Under the pieces are notes generated by a model. The model saw nothing but the letters and a program-made list of their open reading frames with translations. It ran no database searches and was not told the origin of the DNA. A DNA stretch of 63,697 nt, the filler included, from Octopus bimaculoides (taxonomy: Eukaryota): the NCBI RefSeq assembly GCF_001194135.2. It is 7 parts of 5 records of this genome, joined end to end, with 100 filler letters (N's around TTAATTAATTAA, not from the genome) between each part and the next. Parts side by side here need not be neighbours in the genome. Positions count along the whole stretch, not along the records: positions 57,231 to 63,697 come from NC_069000.1; 6 more parts are not named here. One strand, given 5' to 3'. Position numbers and translations under genes: made by a program. Shown here piece after piece: positions 63,218 to 63,697 of the stretch. Position 1 is the first letter of the stretch, and each line of letters begins with the position of its first letter.

Positions 63218-63697
63218 CTGTTAAAAATATCAAAACAGAAACATAGAGTTACCAACAAAGAATCAGTGTGTCAATATAACACTGATTTAAAATTTTGACA
63301 CAAGACCATCAATTTCGGGCGAGGTGGTGGTGGTGGGAGGGGGGTTAAGTTGATTACATCGACTCTAGTGTTGAACTGGTACTTATTTTATCGACCTCCG
63401 AAAGGACGAAAGGCAAAAAGCAGCCTCGGAGGAATTTGAATTCAGGACGTGAAGACGGACAAAATGCTGATTACACGATGAAGTCCGCCTCGAAACCATA
63501 TGCTTTCAGTTTCAGTCTCACCACGCAGCGCCTTTGACAGGTTGGCAAATGTCCTTTGACAAGTTTGCATTAGAAAGAATTCTGTTAAGGTCACCCAAAG
63601 ACCAGGACCTGGTGTTAAACCGGGGAATGGACTAAGGCTACTGCCCAAGAATTTACATCGCAAAGAGCCGGAACAAAAGCTGCCAGATGTCTTATTC

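Overview
Repeat-saturated, gap-rich animal DNA. The SINE, LINE and DNA-transposon content looks like an Octopus genome (inferred from remembered repeat sequences, not from a search). Six identical 100-bp spacers (44 N + TTAATTAATTAA + 44 N) split the window into seven pieces that may be unrelated contigs. The only convincing host coding sequence is two phase-matched minus-strand exons of an MFS/SLC16 (monocarboxylate transporter-like) gene, at 63068-63217 and 57818-58087. The rest is four high-copy SINE/RTE-tail families, fragments of R4/Dong, HERO-like, RTE and Penelope retroelements, mariner/maT/hAT/piggyBac relics and MITEs, a probable solo LTR, and mini- and microsatellites. Most long ORFs in the track are artefacts of N-runs or microsatellites. 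The best leads are an almost canonical type I hammerhead ribozyme at 8575-8644, a second hammerhead core cut by a gap at 23493-23520, a Penelope copy with an inverted GIY-YIG segment, a perfect 58-bp inverted repeat in the transporter intron, and a structured HERO-like 3' UTR. All folds and alignments were done by eye.
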